A DNA stretch of 64,000 nt, from positions 21,700,001 to 21,764,000 of the forward strand of contig NC_083285.1 in NCBI RefSeq assembly GCF_963506605.1, in the 5' to 3' direction. Shown piece by piece: positions 62,269 through 64,000 of this stretch. The position numbers and the translations under genes are program-made. The notes beneath the pieces are model-generated. The model was not told the origin of the DNA and did no database searches. It worked only from the letters and a program-made list of their open reading frames with translations. The stretch is from Zootoca vivipara. Taxonomy: Eukaryota. Within the stretch, counting starts at the first letter, position 1; every line of letters begins with the position of its first letter.

Positions 62269-64000
62269 TTCCTATCCTCTGTATATTATGCATGTTCTCT
62301 ACCACTGAACTATGGCCCATTAAAAGCAAGAGAATGGGACTGTGTTGTGACTTCCTTTATGTGAATAGCTACGGGCCTTTGGGTGTGCCTGGGAGGGTGA
62401 AAATTCAACTTTTTTGTTTGCGTCTTTCCGTAACCATCAGCCTGTACATGAACACTGGGTCAGTAAAAGCTGGGCAAGGTAACCTTCGGATAAAACTGCA
62501 AGGGTAGTTACAGCGTTCAGGTTAGAGGCCTTTTGAAAATATTTCACAGACGGAAAAATCTTTACAGCACTATGTGGATTTCACTTTGCTTTGTCCTAAG
62601 GAGGAGAAGAAGGCAGAAAAATATATATCCATACACACACTGAAAAGGCTGGCAGCACTCAGAATGGCAAAAATCCGACTCACAGATTCACATGTTTTTA
62701 TGCCACTTCCTTGACTGAATTAAATAAGCTGGAGCAGTCATGTTCTTTCAAGATCTTGTTTTGGTACACCGTGTGGATGAGAATATACATAAGCCCTTAA
62801 AAAGCAGGACTCTTCACATTTCAGATCTGGACATTATAAATAAGTAAAAAGAAATACTGAAACCACAGACATTTACTAGGTTGTATTTTTTAAGTGCCAA
62901 AACAATCACACACTCACGCCTCCCCCCCCCCTGATACTTGTATTTATCAGCTCAACCTTCATTATGCACCACAAACTTAATCTAATTTTGCAATCCATTT
63001 GCATCCATGAAAATGAAAACCACAAAGTGCGTGCAAGGCCAATTTTGCTTTCCTCCCCATCACAGCAAGCATTTCCCTGTAAGTTACATTTTTTTCTGAA
63101 ATACCGTGGGTTATTCCATGCAATCAATCTACAGTCAGCCTGTCTCTCACACAGTAGAGTTCAGGACTGGTCACCAAATCTGCTAGTTAAAATGCACATG
63201 GGGAATAGTGCCCCTGACCTTTGTTTCGGGAACCCAGATCCCTGCCACATAATCTAACAAAATATCTCCATTAACTGACAATTTATATTCCCTTTGTCGA
63301 CAAGCTTCTGGTTGGCAGAAACCTACACTCAGCTTTTTTATATATATTAAAGCAAAACGTCTTCTACTAAGTTTCATGGAAACTTTCCCTCCCTGCCTAC
63401 CCAACTGCAAAGTATTGAATCTGAGGTTTGCTTACTTGTTGGGAACAAGCTCCATTGAATACAGTATGACTAAACACCCACAAAATTAAAAAGAAGAAGA
63501 AGAGCCTGCTGGATCAAGTCAATGGCCCATCTAACCCAGCACCCTGTTTTCACAGCGACCAACCAGATACAGGTGGGAAACCTACAAGCAGGACCCGAGC
63601 AAGAGCACTCTCAACCCCATATGGTTCACGGAAACCGATATTTTGAAGCATTGCTGCCTCTGACTAGTGGGGAGAGAATAGCCAGCATGGCTGGTAGCCA
63701 CTGATAGCCTTATCCTCCATGAACTTCACTTCCACCCTCCAGTGTAGGGAAGTCCTTGATTTATTGGCCACACCCACCCCATCATCACCTCCAAGCACCT
63801 TTCTAGCATCTCAGGCCCCTCTCCTGATTCACATGGAACAGAGAGATGCAAGATTATTAGGAGGTGGGACAATTAAGGGACAGAAAGCTGGGTGTACATG
63901 TACAAAAAATTTCGGTAGACAATATATATGTGGATTGGAAGGCATAAAGAAAGAACAGGCATTCACTTAAGGTATTCTGCCCCGCCCCACTAAAATGGCT

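Noticed and set aside
1-64000. Novel multi-gene system, NUMT or endogenous virus
   Set aside because: I recognised no operon-like, mitochondrial or viral coding signature by eye. Short host exons cannot be excluded without RNA-seq or homology searches.

Overview
This is vertebrate non-coding DNA, most likely from a squamate reptile. The repeat set (Sauria SINE, Bov-B, CR1, L2, tRNA-headed SINEs) suggests a lacertid-type lizard; this is inference from recalled repeat families. I found no credible host protein-coding exon or intact RNA gene, so the window is probably a long intron or intergenic stretch. Most ORFs in the track are spurious or are LINE ORF2 remnants. The window is dense in transposable elements: hAT-type MITEs with verifiable 8-bp target-site duplications (TSDs), TA-flanked Tc1/pogo-type MITEs, a non-autonomous Helitron, CR1/L2/RTE/Bov-B/L1 fragments, SINEs, microsatellites and a 134-N gap. 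The most notable structures are: a 5'-inverted L1 insertion with a 16-bp TSD; a composite hAT element that appears to carry a captured LINE tail (two copies); five copies of a ~90-bp hAT MITE; a hAT element packed with ETS/YY1/NRF1-like motifs; two different hAT elements at one site; several nested insertions; and a diverged 92-bp tandem duplication. I see no convincing new gene system. Family names come from memory and need a Dfam/Repbase check.
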